Positions 1-11,396 are shown, numbered from the whole stretch's first letter. The stretch: 63,939 bases of DNA, filler included, from Licmophora abbreviata (GCA_900291995.1; 17 parts of 17 records of this genome joined end to end with filler, not necessarily neighbours in it); one strand, 5' to 3'. Notes: generated from the sequence alone by a model not told the origin. Program-made: numbers and translations.

Positions 1-2
<2 letters not shown>

Positions 3-31
<29 letters not shown>
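3..31. repeat. (CT)n microsatellite
   Basis: Uninterrupted CTCTCT run at the window start. Confidence 0.95.
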
Positions 32-34
<3 letters not shown>

Positions 35-497
35 GCTACTAGTCAGAGAGAGCGTCTTTTGATACATAGAATTCTGGCGCCAAACTGTGTTCAAAATTGT
101 TTCATCGCAAGCGAAAATCAAACCCGTTGCTTCCAACGAATTCTACCATTTCTATGATTATACATTCTTGTAGAGTGTACTGGATCAGGGGATATGTAGA
201 AAACGGGATCATTGGAAGTTGATAGAGAGTGATGTTTTATATTACAAAAGTACGGTTATAGTGTGTATTTGAATTCGGTGTCGTCGTACAAAGGATACTG
301 CGTTGTACGCAACATCACGCAAACCGGCATTGCCGCGCGAGCGAAAAGAATGTCGCAAAGACCGAACGGAAAAAGAGCACCAAAGCCGCCTTTTGATGTG
401 TGCTTGTATCATACTGAATACTGTCCCTTTGGAGGAGAGGAATGCTTCGTAGATTGTCACTCTTCAGCACCGCCCACGACTCTAAGAGACAGCCAGA

Positions 498-1999
498 ATG
501 ACGAAATCTCCTGTCCCTGCCTCTGCGCCGAAAGGAGGGGCCTCCACGACGCCAAAGAACGGCAGCAGCAGCAATAACTACGCCGCACCGCATACACCGA
601 TTGCCAGCATCAAGCGACCACGCAGCAGTCTCGAACGGGCTCCTGGCAGTGCTAGAGCTCTCAAGAGCTCTTCCAAGACTCCCCTGACTCCCATGGACAC
701 GTCCTCGTCGACTCCTTTGAAGCAGCAGCAGCAGCGCGCCGCCATGTCGCCCCTGCATCCGCCGAAACCTCTCGAAACACTGCCAGAAACAGAGAGTACC
801 TCGTGGATGTCGAATATTGTCAGTACGAACTCACTCTTCAGTCCGATGCTGCACTTCCTCAATGGAAGTACCGGTAGCGCGAGTCAGGGGGAGGGTGCGG
901 AAGCAGAAGAAGAAGAAGTAGCCACCATTACGGACGACGATGTCTGCATGGCCAACGGAACGACTTCGGTCCCCGACTTGACGTCTCCCACGGCTGCCAG
1001 GGCCTCCACTGTTACCGGTGCGAGCTCTGCCTCGCCTTCGACAGCCTCCAGTACAGCGTCCCCAGCTTCAATCAAGCTGAAACCCAGCGAGGACTTGTCG
1101 GAGTTCGACTACCAAGCCGACTTTATGAGTTCCACTTCTGATGGCGACTCTATCAGCGAAGACGAAGAAGACGAATTCAATCCCTACCTATTCATCAAGT
1201 CGCTACCGCCCTATCCACTCGTCAGCAGCTCGCGTCCCGACGTTGCCTTGCCCCCGATCGACACTAGTACTACTACCGGTATGCAAAAACTGTCCTTGGT
1301 GCTGGACCTCGACGAGACCCTCGTTCACTGCCAAGTGGACCCTCCGGCCTCCCCTGCCGATCTGATCTTCCCAGTCGTCTTTCATGGAACCGAATACACT
1401 GTCTATGTCAAGTTGCGCCCTTTTCTGATGGAATTCTTGGAAAAAATATCCAAAATGCCCTATGAAATTATTGTCTTTACGGCCAGTCAACAAGTCTACG
1501 CAGAAGAGCTACTGAAGCGCGTGGATCCAGGTACGTGTGGCGACCGAATCGAGCCCTTGTAGTAGAGGCCAGGGTGGGAAAGGGCAGCCCAGGCTGAAAT
1601 GAAAACGCTCTCAAGAGCCAGTCTGCCGTTTCACGAGCGCGCGACTCACACGTATAGCACGTCCCCTTGTTGTTTGTCTTACTCGCTCGCGTGACAGAAT
1701 CCAAATACATTCATCACACTCTCTTCCGTGACTCCTGTCTTGCCGTTGAAGGAAACTTCTTGAAGGATCTTACCGTGCTCGGTAGAGACCTCTCGCGCAC
1801 TGTACTAGTCGATAACTCGCCCCATGCCTTTGGCTATCAAATGGACAATGGTATTCCAATCGAAAGCTGGTTTGAAGACCCGGAGGATGTCGAGTTGCTT
1901 AAACTGGAAAAGTTCTTGCGACAGCTGGTCGATGTCGAGGATGTGAGAAACGTGTTGAAGGAGAAATTCAAGACTCGCGAGCGAGTCGAGAACGCGTAG
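498..1999 (+). CDS. SCP/CTD small phosphatase-like protein (FCP1-homology HAD phosphatase, CTDSPL2-like); exons 498-1530, 1698-1999
   Basis: Motifs FNPYLFIKSLP, LVLDLDETLVH, VFTAS, FLKDLTVLGRDL, VDNSPHAF and NGIPIESWF. GT-AG intron 1531-1697 joins DP-E-SKYIHH in frame. Confidence 0.92.
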
Positions 2000-2753
2000 C
2001 AAGGCGGGGGAGGGGAGGAGCGTGTGACTGAATCAAATCGGCACGCTGGTTTGAGGCGGATGAATCTTCGTGTGTGTGTGTGTACTGTGAAACGAGTGAA
2101 CCATGGGGGAAACCGCATGTCACATGGCATGTGTTAGCTAGTGAAAATCGGCAGTGTGGCGTTGTCGATGTGCGTACCTTCCATAGGATGCGCCATGGCA
2201 GTGCTGACGATGGACTGCAAATAGGTCATAAAGAATTCATAGTTTGAATCTCGTTCAAGAGTACCTTGTTCCGTACCGGAAGTGTCGGTGATTAAAATGC
2301 ATGGTGATATAATTACAGTTACTCGCTAGTCTCATCCGATCCTTGATTCAGTCACTTCGAAGAAGCACCTTTCGTGCTTATTGTCCTGTTGTTACTGCAG
2401 TTACCATTCGCTCCAAAGAAATAGGCTGGCATTTAGATTCTATTCGATTTGCTCCTCTTTTCTATGTACCCGATAGGGCTGGCTCGCTCGTACAAAATGT
2501 CCATCAGTACCGGTGATCCACGAAATAAACCGGCGAGAGATGCAAGATGAAAGATGGCGTCTGTAGCAGGTACCGGTACAGACTGTCTGTACCTCCGCGT
2601 CGACAGATTTCAGATTGAAGATAGCTTCGTTCGAAAGATCGCTTCGAAAGCTGCTTGCAGCCGCCTTCTTTGTCATTCAGCGTTCTGATCGAGACCAATC
2701 ATACGCCAGCACCCCTGACACCTCGCAAGAACCAAAGCCATCCTGTGACCACC

Positions 2754-3984
2754 ATGAAGCTTTCTTCTGTCCTTCTTCTCGTCGTCTTGGGTTGTCCTGA
2801 TGGAGCCCGCGGGGGGAAAACCCCCCTTCGCCGCCTCGCGGGAGTTCGAAAGAGCAATCGAGACATTGATGAACCGAGACAAGCTGATGAACCGGCAGAA
2901 GCAGAAGTCGGTTGTGCGGGCCCCTTGGAACCACCGTTGCCTGGGGTCATGGCTGGGAAAGACATACCCAGGATCATCCTTGCCCAAGACGTTGACTATC
3001 CCCCCTATTCTCAGCTCGGTCCTGCCGAAGAAGACTTTCCAGTCTCTGGATTTGGAGCCGAGTTCGCCATGGGTCTTGAGGACGTTTGCGAAATCGACAT
3101 TACAGTCGTGCAAACCCAATGGGCTCGTTGCTGGAACAGTGATCGTATTGGAGAAGGCTTGGGCGCAGGAGAGTATCATGGATGCACCACCTACACGCAT
3201 GCCAGTGGTGTTCGAAACCGTTACCTCGAATTTTCGACTCCCATTCTGAACGACAACAAGGCGGCTGGTATCTTGACGCGCTTGGATGCTTCTGGCCAGC
3301 CTATCATCGACGGAAACTCGAACCTGGATGGTGTCAAAGTCGTGGATGTGGTGGGCTTTGCCCCGACGGCGGACAATCTTGCCTTGATTGACAACGCGTG
3401 CACTGGGGAAAAGTTCACTGGCTACGAGATTGTAGCCCCGACGACAACCACAGACTACCCTAACGATGATGCTCTCAATACTTTGTTGTCGGGCGAAGCC
3501 GATGCCATGTGGGTTTGTAAGTGACATTCGGGATCTCGGCATACTCCCTTTATGAAAGTGATATCACTAACCGCTTCGTCATGTACCTCGTATCGTTTTC
3601 TTCACAGACGCTGATCAAGCAGAACGCTTTCAGTGTGCCAACAACGAAGGTGAAACGCCGTGGAACTGTGCCTTGTGGGATAAGCTTGGAGTGGACTTTG
3701 CGTATATTCAGACAGGCAACTTTGGTTGGTTCCGCGGAGGCACGACCTTGTCAATTAGCAAGAAGGGAGCCAGACTGACTGAAATCCTGAATCCCTGCAT
3801 CGATGCCTTTATGGAAACGGAGGCTTACTATGACTTGTGCGTCAAATATGATTTTGTTGGATCCTGCTTTGAGAATGAATTCTTTCCAGAGACGATGGCG
3901 ACAGAAACGCCTTTGTACGATACGCCCACAAACGAGCTGACCTCCAGCTGTAGCGATGGATATTGTGCTTGCCCTGCCCGTTGA
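2754..3984 (+). CDS. Secreted periplasmic/solute-binding-protein (type 2 fold, SBP family 3-like) protein; exons 2754-3516, 3608-3984
   Basis: Signal peptide MKLSSVLLLVVLG; QDVDYPPY and RNRYLEFSTPIL resemble amino-acid SBP motifs. Intron GTAAGT 3517-3607 gives ADAMWV-Y-ADQA. Confidence 0.7.
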
Positions 3985-4254
3985 AGCATCCAAGCGGGAA
4001 AGCATGTCACCACACAGCGTCTGTTGGCCAAATTCGCCATCTACGGATAACATGAAGTGATCATTTACATGTGAAGTGAGCGTCAATAGCCTGCTAGTGG
4101 TACTTTAGTCTAGCTACCCGTTCCGACACTGAACATGTAATTGATGCGAAACTTTGAGATAGGCGACTGTTGAGAATATGACGCGAGTTTCAGTGCGGCA
4201 GAAGCTCGCAGGCATCTCATTGCGATGTGTGTGATGCGCACGCGTCGCGCAAAA

Positions 4255-4354
4255 NNNNNNNNNNNNNNNNNNNNNNNNNNNNNNNNNNNNNNNNNNNNTT
4301 AATTAATTAANNNNNNNNNNNNNNNNNNNNNNNNNNNNNNNNNNNNNNNNNNNN
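4255..4354. other. Artificial contig spacer N44-TTAATTAATTAA-N44 (stops in all six frames). Identical spacers at 11553, 13005, 17335, 18688, 20424, 31065, 32514, 35183, 41361, 43049, 53353, 56790, 58306, 60703 and 62806 (each 100 bp).
   Basis: 16 identical 100-bp blocks in the window. Confidence 0.98.
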
Positions 4355-4476
4355 GTGTCCACTACAGTCTCACAGCATAGCATCCGCATCGATCGCCTCT
4401 GCACTGTTTCCTGCCTTCGCCGCCGATTGAGCCTACGCCTTCGTTCTCCCACCCAACCTATATTCAGTATCGTACC

Positions 4477-4955
4477 ATGTCCGCAGACGAAGTAGCGAAT
4501 GCGTTTGTGCAACATTTCTATCAAGCCTTCGACAGCAATGCCGAAAGTCTTCGCGCGCTCTTCGTAAGTACTGAAACGCCGTAGAACTGTACTCGACCCT
4601 CTCGCTGTGCTGCTCCCATGGCGAAGTCGTCTGACTCGTTGCCCTGCCCTGGTCTGCCCTTTCTGTTCTCTCCCAGCACAACGACTCCATGATGACGTTC
4701 GAAGGTCAGCAGCTGCAAGGAGCGGACGCCATCGTGGGCAAGCTCGTGAGCGTCGGCAGTGTCAAGCACGTTGTCAAGAGCATCGATATCCAGCCCACGC
4801 ACACGGCGGGCACTAGCATCTTGATTTTCGTCACGGGCACCGTTCGGATTGGAGGAGATGGCGAGATCCACTTTTGTGAATGCTTCAATCTGGTGAGCTC
4901 TTCGCCTGGGAACTACTATGTCCACAACGATGTCTTTCGATTGAACTATGGGTGA
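4477..4955 (+). CDS. NTF2: Nuclear transport factor 2; exons 4477-4563, 4677-4955
   Basis: MSADEVANAFVQHFYQAFD...SMMTFEGQQLQG...YYVHNDVFRLNYG; intron GTAAGT..CAG 4564-4676. Confidence 0.95.
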
Positions 4956-5280
4956 GAGTCAGGCTACGACGGGAAGCGAGGCCCAGAGAGAGGAGGAGGA
5001 ATTTGGTCCCTCATCAGTGGAGAGAGCCAGTCAGTCACTCCGAGACTGGAACAGACGGACGAGCGTGTAGCGCGAACGGACAAGCTTCGGTATCGGGAAG
5101 TCGATTTTATGTAGCCTAGCATGCTAGCGAAAGAGACGATGTTCACATTTCTCTTGCACTTTCGAATCCGTTTCTACACTACTCGTAGACCAGTTCGCTC
5201 GACTCTTGTACCTCGCGCGCTAGTACTGTCTAAAGCAGTACCAGGTATGATACACTGTGAGAAGTATTGCCGATTGCGCA

Positions 5281-6151
5281 CTAGACTTGCTGCTGATTGG
5301 CTGGATTCTCGGGACTCTTCTTCCACAGCTGCCAAATCTTCTCCTTGTATTGCGACAGTCTCAGTCCTGGCGATTCCTCCTTGATCACCGGCAGCATACG
5401 TTCCTCAAACTCCTTGAACAAGGCCTTTGCAGACTTGGTACTCACCGCCACCACTGCCGCCGACTGTCATACTCTCCAATGCTGCGTCAATGCCACTCGC
5501 TCCTTGATCCTCTAGCGCCTTGTTCACATGTCGCCCCGCAGCATGGACACCCAACATGCCTTGCGTGTTGAGAAGCAGCGGATCCATCGACTTTTCTTGC
5601 TCTTCGACACGCCTCCGTGCTTCTTCTTCTTGCTGTTGGAGTTGTTGTTGTTTCTTCTTTTCTAATTCTCGTTTGGCCCGCGTCTTTTTCTCGGCCGTCT
5701 GGACGAGTGCATCTGCCAAGAGCGAGAGGTCGTCTTGCTTTTTCTTGTTCTTTTTGGCCGACCGAGTCGTTTTGATCTTTGCAGTAGTAGTAGTAGTAGT
5801 AGTAGAAGTAGCTATGGCCTCTTCGGCAGCCAAGAGTTCTTCTTTTTCGCGTCGTTTGCGTGCCGCCTCGTCCGCCTTGGCCGCTGTACAAGGAGCGTGT
5901 TTACGAGTAAGAAGATGTGGGATACAAAACAAGGCTGAGTATACTCGGTACGACCAAGAGAGTGAGTGCGTCCTGCTTCCGTACTCACCGGCCGCTTCTT
6001 TTCTCCCAGCACCTCGTAGATCGGAGCCCTTTTGCCACTCGACTGCTTCTTGTTGATCGCGTTGGCGTTCTTCCGCGGCTTGCTTTTGTGACTTCTGCTC
6101 GGCCTTGCGATCTCGGCCTGCCTGCGCTTTAGAATTCGTTCGTGGGGGCAT
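5281..6151 (-). CDS. CCDC124: Coiled-coil domain-containing protein 124 (CCDC124/Oxs1/Lso2-like); intron 5884-5988; apparent +1 frameshift near 5435-5465
   Basis: N-terminus MPPRTNSKAQAGRDRKAEQK..W.KG, then SGIDAALE. The conserved tail KALFKEFEERMLPVIKEESPGLRLSQYKEKIWQLWKKSPENPAN lies in a different frame and ends at TAG 5281-5283. Confidence 0.85.
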
Positions 6152-6172
6152 TGGATCGATTGGATGAATGAC

Positions 6173-6208
6173 AATGGATGGATTCAATCAGAATGGATGG
6201 ATTCAATC
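6173..6208. repeat. 17-bp direct repeat AATGGATGGATTCAATC x2 just upstream of the CCDC124 start
   Basis: Copies at 6173-6189 and 6192-6208. Confidence 0.85.
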
Positions 6209-6472
6209 TCAATCAGTCGGTCCTGTCCGCAATGAATGAGGATTCTTTTCTCTTTGCGGTGTTTATTTCTGGTACGAAGCACAGACTTTTGCGGGTTCCT
6301 TCGACTAGTTCGACTATCATGTACACCGCAGTACTCACTCTACGAGGGGTGCCCGACATCCATCCAAACCTTTTTTCAGCAAAAGATCTTTCACACAGCA
6401 CCACGATACGACAGGCCAGCCAGGTATCCCACTTGAGTCTCTCGTACAACAACAACAACAACAACAGCAAGA

Positions 6473-7674
6473 ATGAGCGGACGAGGACGAGGATTCTCAC
6501 CCGGCGGACGAGGAGGAGGAGGCCGCGGTGGCTTTGGACGCGGTGGAGGTCGCGCATTCTCTCCCGGTGGCTTTGGACGCGGAGGAGGAAGGTGCGTCGT
6601 GTTTGCTGTTTTTGAGACTTTCGTCAGTGAGCGCGACTCACTCTTTTCCCATACTCTCCTTTTTTAGAGGAGGCGGTCGCGGAGGCCGGGGTGGTCGCGG
6701 AGGACGTGATGGTGGTGGTCGAGGAGGAGGTGATGGTGGTGGTCGCGGAGGACGTGGTGGGAGGGGAGGAGGACGTGGCGGAAGGGGCATGAAGGGTGGC
6801 ACCAAGGTGGTGCTGGAACCTCATCGCCACGAGGGCATCTTTGTCGCACGCGGCAAGGAGGATGCTCTGGTCACACTCAACTCGACTCCTGGAGTCGCGG
6901 TCTATGGGGAAAAGCGTATCAGTGTGGATGGACCGCCTGGGGCCGATGGGAATGCCACCAAGGTCGAGTACCGTGTATGGAATCCGTTCCGATCCAAGTG
7001 TGAGTTTTTGAAACGCTGTGTGTGACACAAAAGAGAGGGAGGGGGCTACTATGTTACACGTGCGCTGGAATCAAGGACTCACCCTATCCTCGCAATCACA
7101 CACCCTCTTTCGTGAATCCAATTTTACTTGTTCAGTGGCAGCCGCTGTCTTGGGCGGTGTCGATGACATTTGGATCAAGCCGGGCAGCAAGGTGCTCTAC
7201 ATTGGCGCTGCAGCCGGCACTAGTGTCAGTCACGTGTCAGATATCGTGGGCCCCTCCGGTGCCGTCTATGCCGTCGAATTCTCGCATCGTCCGGGACGCG
7301 ATCTCATTAACGTTGCAAAGTCTCGCACCAATATCATCCCCATTATTGAAGATGCCCGGCATCCACTCAAATACCGCATGTTGATTGGCATGGTCGACAC
7401 GGTCTTTGCCGACGTCGCGCAGCCAGATCAAGCCCGTATTGTGGCATTGAATTCTCATTACTTTCTAAAGAACGGTGGTCACGCTGTGATTGCCGTCAAG
7501 GCCTCTTGCATTGACAGTACGGCGGCGCCGGAAGCCGTCTTTCGGAGAGAAGTGAGCAAATTGCAAGAGGAAAAGTTCAAGCCACTGGAACAGTTGACAC
7601 TGGAACCCTATGAACGAGACCATGCGGTCGTCATTGCAGAATACAGGCCGTCGAAAAAGAGCGAGAGTCAGTAG
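6473..7674 (+). CDS. NOP1: Fibrillarin (rRNA 2'-O-methyltransferase); exons 6473-6591, 6668-6999, 7136-7674
   Basis: RGG/GAR N-terminus, [15 protein letters not shown] after splicing, [32 protein letters not shown]. Confidence 0.98.
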
Positions 7675-8366
7675 GAGGGACGGGACAAGTCGAGTGCTCT
7701 TGCGTGGTATGGTCCATGTCTATACCAGTAGCTAGATTGCGCCGTATAGTAACTCCCACTGGTTTGTTGCCGGGTATTTTGTTTATGCGATCAAGTGGTA
7801 TCATGTTGACTATTTACACAGCGAGAGCTACGATCAATCGTCATGAGGCTGCCCAATCATGTGCTCGTTGAGATCGATCGATCCGGCCGCCCAGGCCAGT
7901 AGGACTATCAAAATGGCGATCCCATGCGAGCCTTCCAGTGAGAGTACTAGAGAATCGTAAAACAGATATGTAGCTACTGTCACGATGCATGTGCAAACCA
8001 CAAATCGGAGAGTGATGAAAGGCATGGCGAACGCCGGTTTGTTGGTCCACGTTTGCATTCACCATGGCATCAGCAACGCACGCCCTCCTCTCGTCCACGT
8101 CGTCCGTCCGACGCGCGTCACAAGTGCCGCCGACCACCAGCTATGACACCCGGGTACCGGCAGACCTAGTGTAGGATAGACAATCAGCCCGTCGATCACC
8201 ACAGTACTGGTAGCCCCTCCCTTATAAGACGTCTGGCATACCTGCTACTCGAAGTCTAAACTGCCCTAGTTTATGAGCTTCTTTCGGTCGACCGTATATG
8301 CCCGCGAGGTTCACCGATTCGACCTTGCGAATCCTACGAATAGTATGATACCGCACCTATGGGCCT

Positions 8367-10316
8367 CTATTGATCGTCGTCTTTGTCGTCATTCGGTGGC
8401 TTGTTCTCGTCTGCCAAATCGAAAAAGTAGGTAACTACGCCAAAGTCAGAACGCCGCGTATATCGAATTCCTGATTTCTTGAAAATGGCATTCATACCCG
8501 TATTATCCGCCAGCACATCAGCCTTCAATTTGCAAAGCCCTTGCACTCTTGCTATCTCCACCAGCCTCTGAAACAAGTACGACCCCAGGCCTTCCGTCTG
8601 CCAGTCATCGCGTACCTGAAATGCCATTTCAGGAATACTACCACTACTGCTCTCTCGTGGATCACTGACCCATTGCGCAATTCCGACTATTTCGTGTTGG
8701 TACGCGTCCGGCGGGCAAAGTACGACGATGGCCATATCACTCGAGTAGTCCACATCGGCAGTCCGTTGTAAAATGCGTTGCGGCATGGATCGCAGCTTTC
8801 GGAAGTAGCGAAGATATACCGAGTGGTCAGAAAGTTTGTGAAAAAAGTTGCGCAATTCATCTTCATCCGTTGGCTTGATGGGTCTCACGAGAACCTTCCT
8901 CTGTTTCCTCGTCGTGTGAAAGCATTCAAACTCAACCGGATAGTTGCTACCAATCGATTTTCCAGGCTGAGACTGAGATACATATTGATGCTCCTTTGCT
9001 TGGCCAAGCAACTCTGGCCGAAAGTCAGGGTGAGCAATATCAATCAGTGCCAAGCATCGTTCCCTAATGGACTTGCCGTAAAGATAGGCAGTGCCGTACT
9101 CCGTCACGACGTACTCAACATCCGACCGGGTGATCGATACTCCCGTGCCAGGCGGTAAAGCAAATACGAGGTTCGATCTACCTCGGAGACTCTTGGAGGG
9201 GAGCATGACGATAGCCTTCCCGCCGTTGGAGTATTGCGAACCCCGCACTGAGTCTTCGTCGCTCCACACGCCGCCGTAAAACTTGTGAGCAATCGAGTCG
9301 GTCGCAACCTGACCAGTTAAATCAACCTTGAGGGCAGCAACAATGGAGATGAGATTGTCAATCTTGCCCAAAACCAGTGGATCGCAGACAAAACTGGAGG
9401 GGTGAAACTCAATAACCGGGTTTCGATCTAGAAAGTCATAAAGCTCTGAGCTTCCATGAGCCTGGGACGCGACAGAGCGCCCCGTAGTGAGCGTCTTGAA
9501 CTTGTTGTTGATGACACCTGTTTGATGTAATCGAAACAATTCTTCAGTAAGTAGGTCCGTGTGGAGACCCAGATCTTTGCGTTGGTCCAGAAACGGAAAG
9601 ACAACATGGACTCGTGGGGTCACACCGAACCGCAGCGTGGCTCCATCCGGGATTTCTTTGACGACATTTTGTCCAATAGCATCTCGAACTTCAATAGGAT
9701 AATTTTGAGAGTTGAAGAGACTAGGCCAGAGTTGTTCGGTCGTTTTGAGGGGTTCATCGTGCGAGATCCACCAATCGATTTGAGAAACAGATAGTTTCGA
9801 CGGCCCTTCGGTCCATGGCATGAACTGATTTACTTCGGCAATCACGACGCGAGCATGTCGAACGAAATCAAGAGTAGTTTCCACCCCCATGCCCAAGCTG
9901 ACAAAGCCCTTGTGAGGTTTGGTAACCTTGATTATGGCAACATCGACGTGCAGCTTGTGTTCGCTGAGGAGTCGAGGTATTCTTGCGATAGAAATCGGTT
10001 TGTAGTCCTCGAGTCCCTCCTGCGGGCGGTCTGCATCTGGCCTGAAGTATCCGCCTTTCGTAAAGGAATAGAACGACACAGTCCGGAACCGATCAATGTT
10101 CTTGGACAGATGCGGTAGGTTTCCTCCAGGGATCATTTGAATGATCTGAATGTTCTCAAGCATGGCACTATCGACCATGTGTTCGAGTGTCGCGTCTGCC
10201 GTCGCCGCGCAGCTCCCGATGTAGACGGAGCTGCCATTCGGAATCTTTTCATCGACCGTTTCCAGCCGGATCTCTTTCGCAGACCACAACGACGACGATG
10301 ATGCTCCTTGACTCAT
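8367..10316 (-). CDS. Acetyl-CoA hydrolase/4-hydroxybutyrate CoA-transferase-like domain fused to a C-terminal GNAT (Pat-like) acetyltransferase; intronless
   Basis: SLGMGVE, VIAEVNQFMP, DLTGQVATDS, VVTEYGTAYLYGKSIRERCLALIDIAHPDFR, followed by VRPIKPTDE, YLRYF, VDYSSDMAIV, AFQVRDDWQTEGLG and NTGMNAIF. First ATG is at 10316. Confidence 0.9.
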   Translation of the reverse strand: MSQGASSSSLWSAKEIRLETVDEKIPNGSSVYIGSCAATADATLEHMVDSAMLENIQIIQMIPGGNLPHLSKNIDRFRTVSFYSFTKGGYFRPDADRPQEGLEDYKPISIARIPRLLSEHKLHVDVAIIKVTKPHKGFVSLGMGVETTLDFVRHARVVIAEVNQFMPWTEGPSKLSVSQIDWWISHDEPLKTTEQLWPSLFNSQNYPIEVRDAIGQNVVKEIPDGATLRFGVTPRVHVVFPFLDQRKDLGLHTDLLTEELFRLHQTGVINNKFKTLTTGRSVASQAHGSSELYDFLDRNPVIEFHPSSFVCDPLVLGKIDNLISIVAALKVDLTGQVATDSIAHKFYGGVWSDEDSVRGSQYSNGGKAIVMLPSKSLRGRSNLVFALPPGTGVSITRSDVEYVVTEYGTAYLYGKSIRERCLALIDIAHPDFRPELLGQAKEHQYVSQSQPGKSIGSNYPVEFECFHTTRKQRKVLVRPIKPTDEDELRNFFHKLSDHSVYLRYFRKLRSMPQRILQRTADVDYSSDMAIVVLCPPDAYQHEIVGIAQWVSDPRESSSGSIPEMAFQVRDDWQTEGLGSYLFQRLVEIARVQGLCKLKADVLADNTGMNAIFKKSGIRYTRRSDFGVVTYFFDLADENKPPNDDKDDDQ

Positions 10317-10640
10317 GCTCGACTTTTTTGTGTGTTTTCTTTTCACCGTTTCACTATTTCTAACTATTTCGACACTCTCACAGAAATGGCGGGAAGCGCA
10401 CCTCCGTCCGTCTGCCGGTCGTGAGCTCACATATCGCCGCCGGACGTCATCTCAGCCGCCCGTTTCAAAGTGAAAAGAGCCGAAATTCGAAATTCAGAAC
10501 CATCATCACCGACGACGAGGACGAGTGCATTCATTGCATTTCTGCCTCGGCAGAGACCCAAATTGGATCACATTCATGCTGTAGCGCTACCTTGGAGACA
10601 CAAGGATTCGCGAGAGGACCCATAACTTCTCAAAAGAATC

Positions 10641-11396
10641 ATGACTCCTGCTGAAAGCAGCCAGAAACGCAAAGCCGCAGATGCAGCCACCAACGACGAT
10701 GGAGCGATGACGTTGTCGGGAGCTTCGAACGCAAGGAAGAAGAAGGCGAAAACAACGAACCACAATGGTATTGGAACCCCGGCAGCGGAGGCCTCCACGT
10801 CACAGGCTTCTGCTCAGACAACCCCTGGCGATGGCACGTACGAGGCGCTCTCGCTGGCAGACATTCAAGCACGGATTCTGTTGCTCTGTGACCGCGTGCC
10901 GACGATACCGCAGAACGGACTAGCCGGTGCTACTCAGATACTGAGTTTTGCTACCGCCCTTCAGTCAACGCTGGAGGAGTTCTGGCTGTTGTGTGGCTGT
11001 GTCAATGCCGCGACGTATACTTGGGGAACGGAACGAAGTGGGGCGGCTGATCAGAATTTGTCGTTGCTTTCCAATGAACTTACCAATTCGCAAGAACAGT
11101 TGAATAGTGTTGTGACGCCGCGATTGACCAATGTTCTTGCGCCAGTCGTTGATCTGGTAGTTGAAAAAATTGTTACTACTACCGATTCTAACTCGGCAGA
11201 AACTAAACATCATCACTACAGGTCCCAAACAGTTGACCCGGAGTTTGTGCAGCTGTGTCGAGTGGTTCTATGTCGGAACGCCAAACTGCTGCGACAAGTT
11301 ACGCTATCGCATCTTCACAAGATTAATACGTGCATCAGTGACTATCTAGAGGCAAAACAGAAGGACAATTCACACGATTCGAGGTTTGCGTACTGA
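10641..11396 (+). CDS. Conserved-looking hypothetical protein (251 aa, basic NLS-like N-terminus)
   Basis: ATG-initiated ORF with a globular-looking C-terminal half (ATYTWGTERSGAADQNLSLLSNEL), divergent from the upstream gene. Confidence 0.7.
   Translation: MTPAESSQKRKAADAATNDDGAMTLSGASNARKKKAKTTNHNGIGTPAAEASTSQASAQTTPGDGTYEALSLADIQARILLLCDRVPTIPQNGLAGATQILSFATALQSTLEEFWLLCGCVNAATYTWGTERSGAADQNLSLLSNELTNSQEQLNSVVTPRLTNVLAPVVDLVVEKIVTTTDSNSAETKHHHYRSQTVDPEFVQLCRVVLCRNAKLLRQVTLSHLHKINTCISDYLEAKQKDNSHDSRFAY

Noticed and set aside
2673..3542. 289-aa antisense ORF, and similar long shadows at 43599-44531, 47582-48409 and 52557-53333
   Set aside because: Mirror frames of real genes on the opposite strand, with no motifs.
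5782..5805. (GTA)n trinucleotide run
   Set aside because: Simple coding microsatellite giving poly-Thr in CCDC124.
7000..7135. Possible intronic snoRNA in fibrillarin intron 2
   Set aside because: No box C (RUGAUGA)/box D pair or convincing H/ACA structure seen.
7834..8137. Short minus-strand ORFs between fibrillarin and the CoA-transferase fusion
   Set aside because: Non-ATG starts, no recognisable domain; lies between converging 3' ends.
8367..10316. Bacterial contamination as the source of the CoA-transferase-GNAT gene
   Set aside because: It lies on the same contig (4355-11552) as intron-containing NTF2, CCDC124 and fibrillarin.
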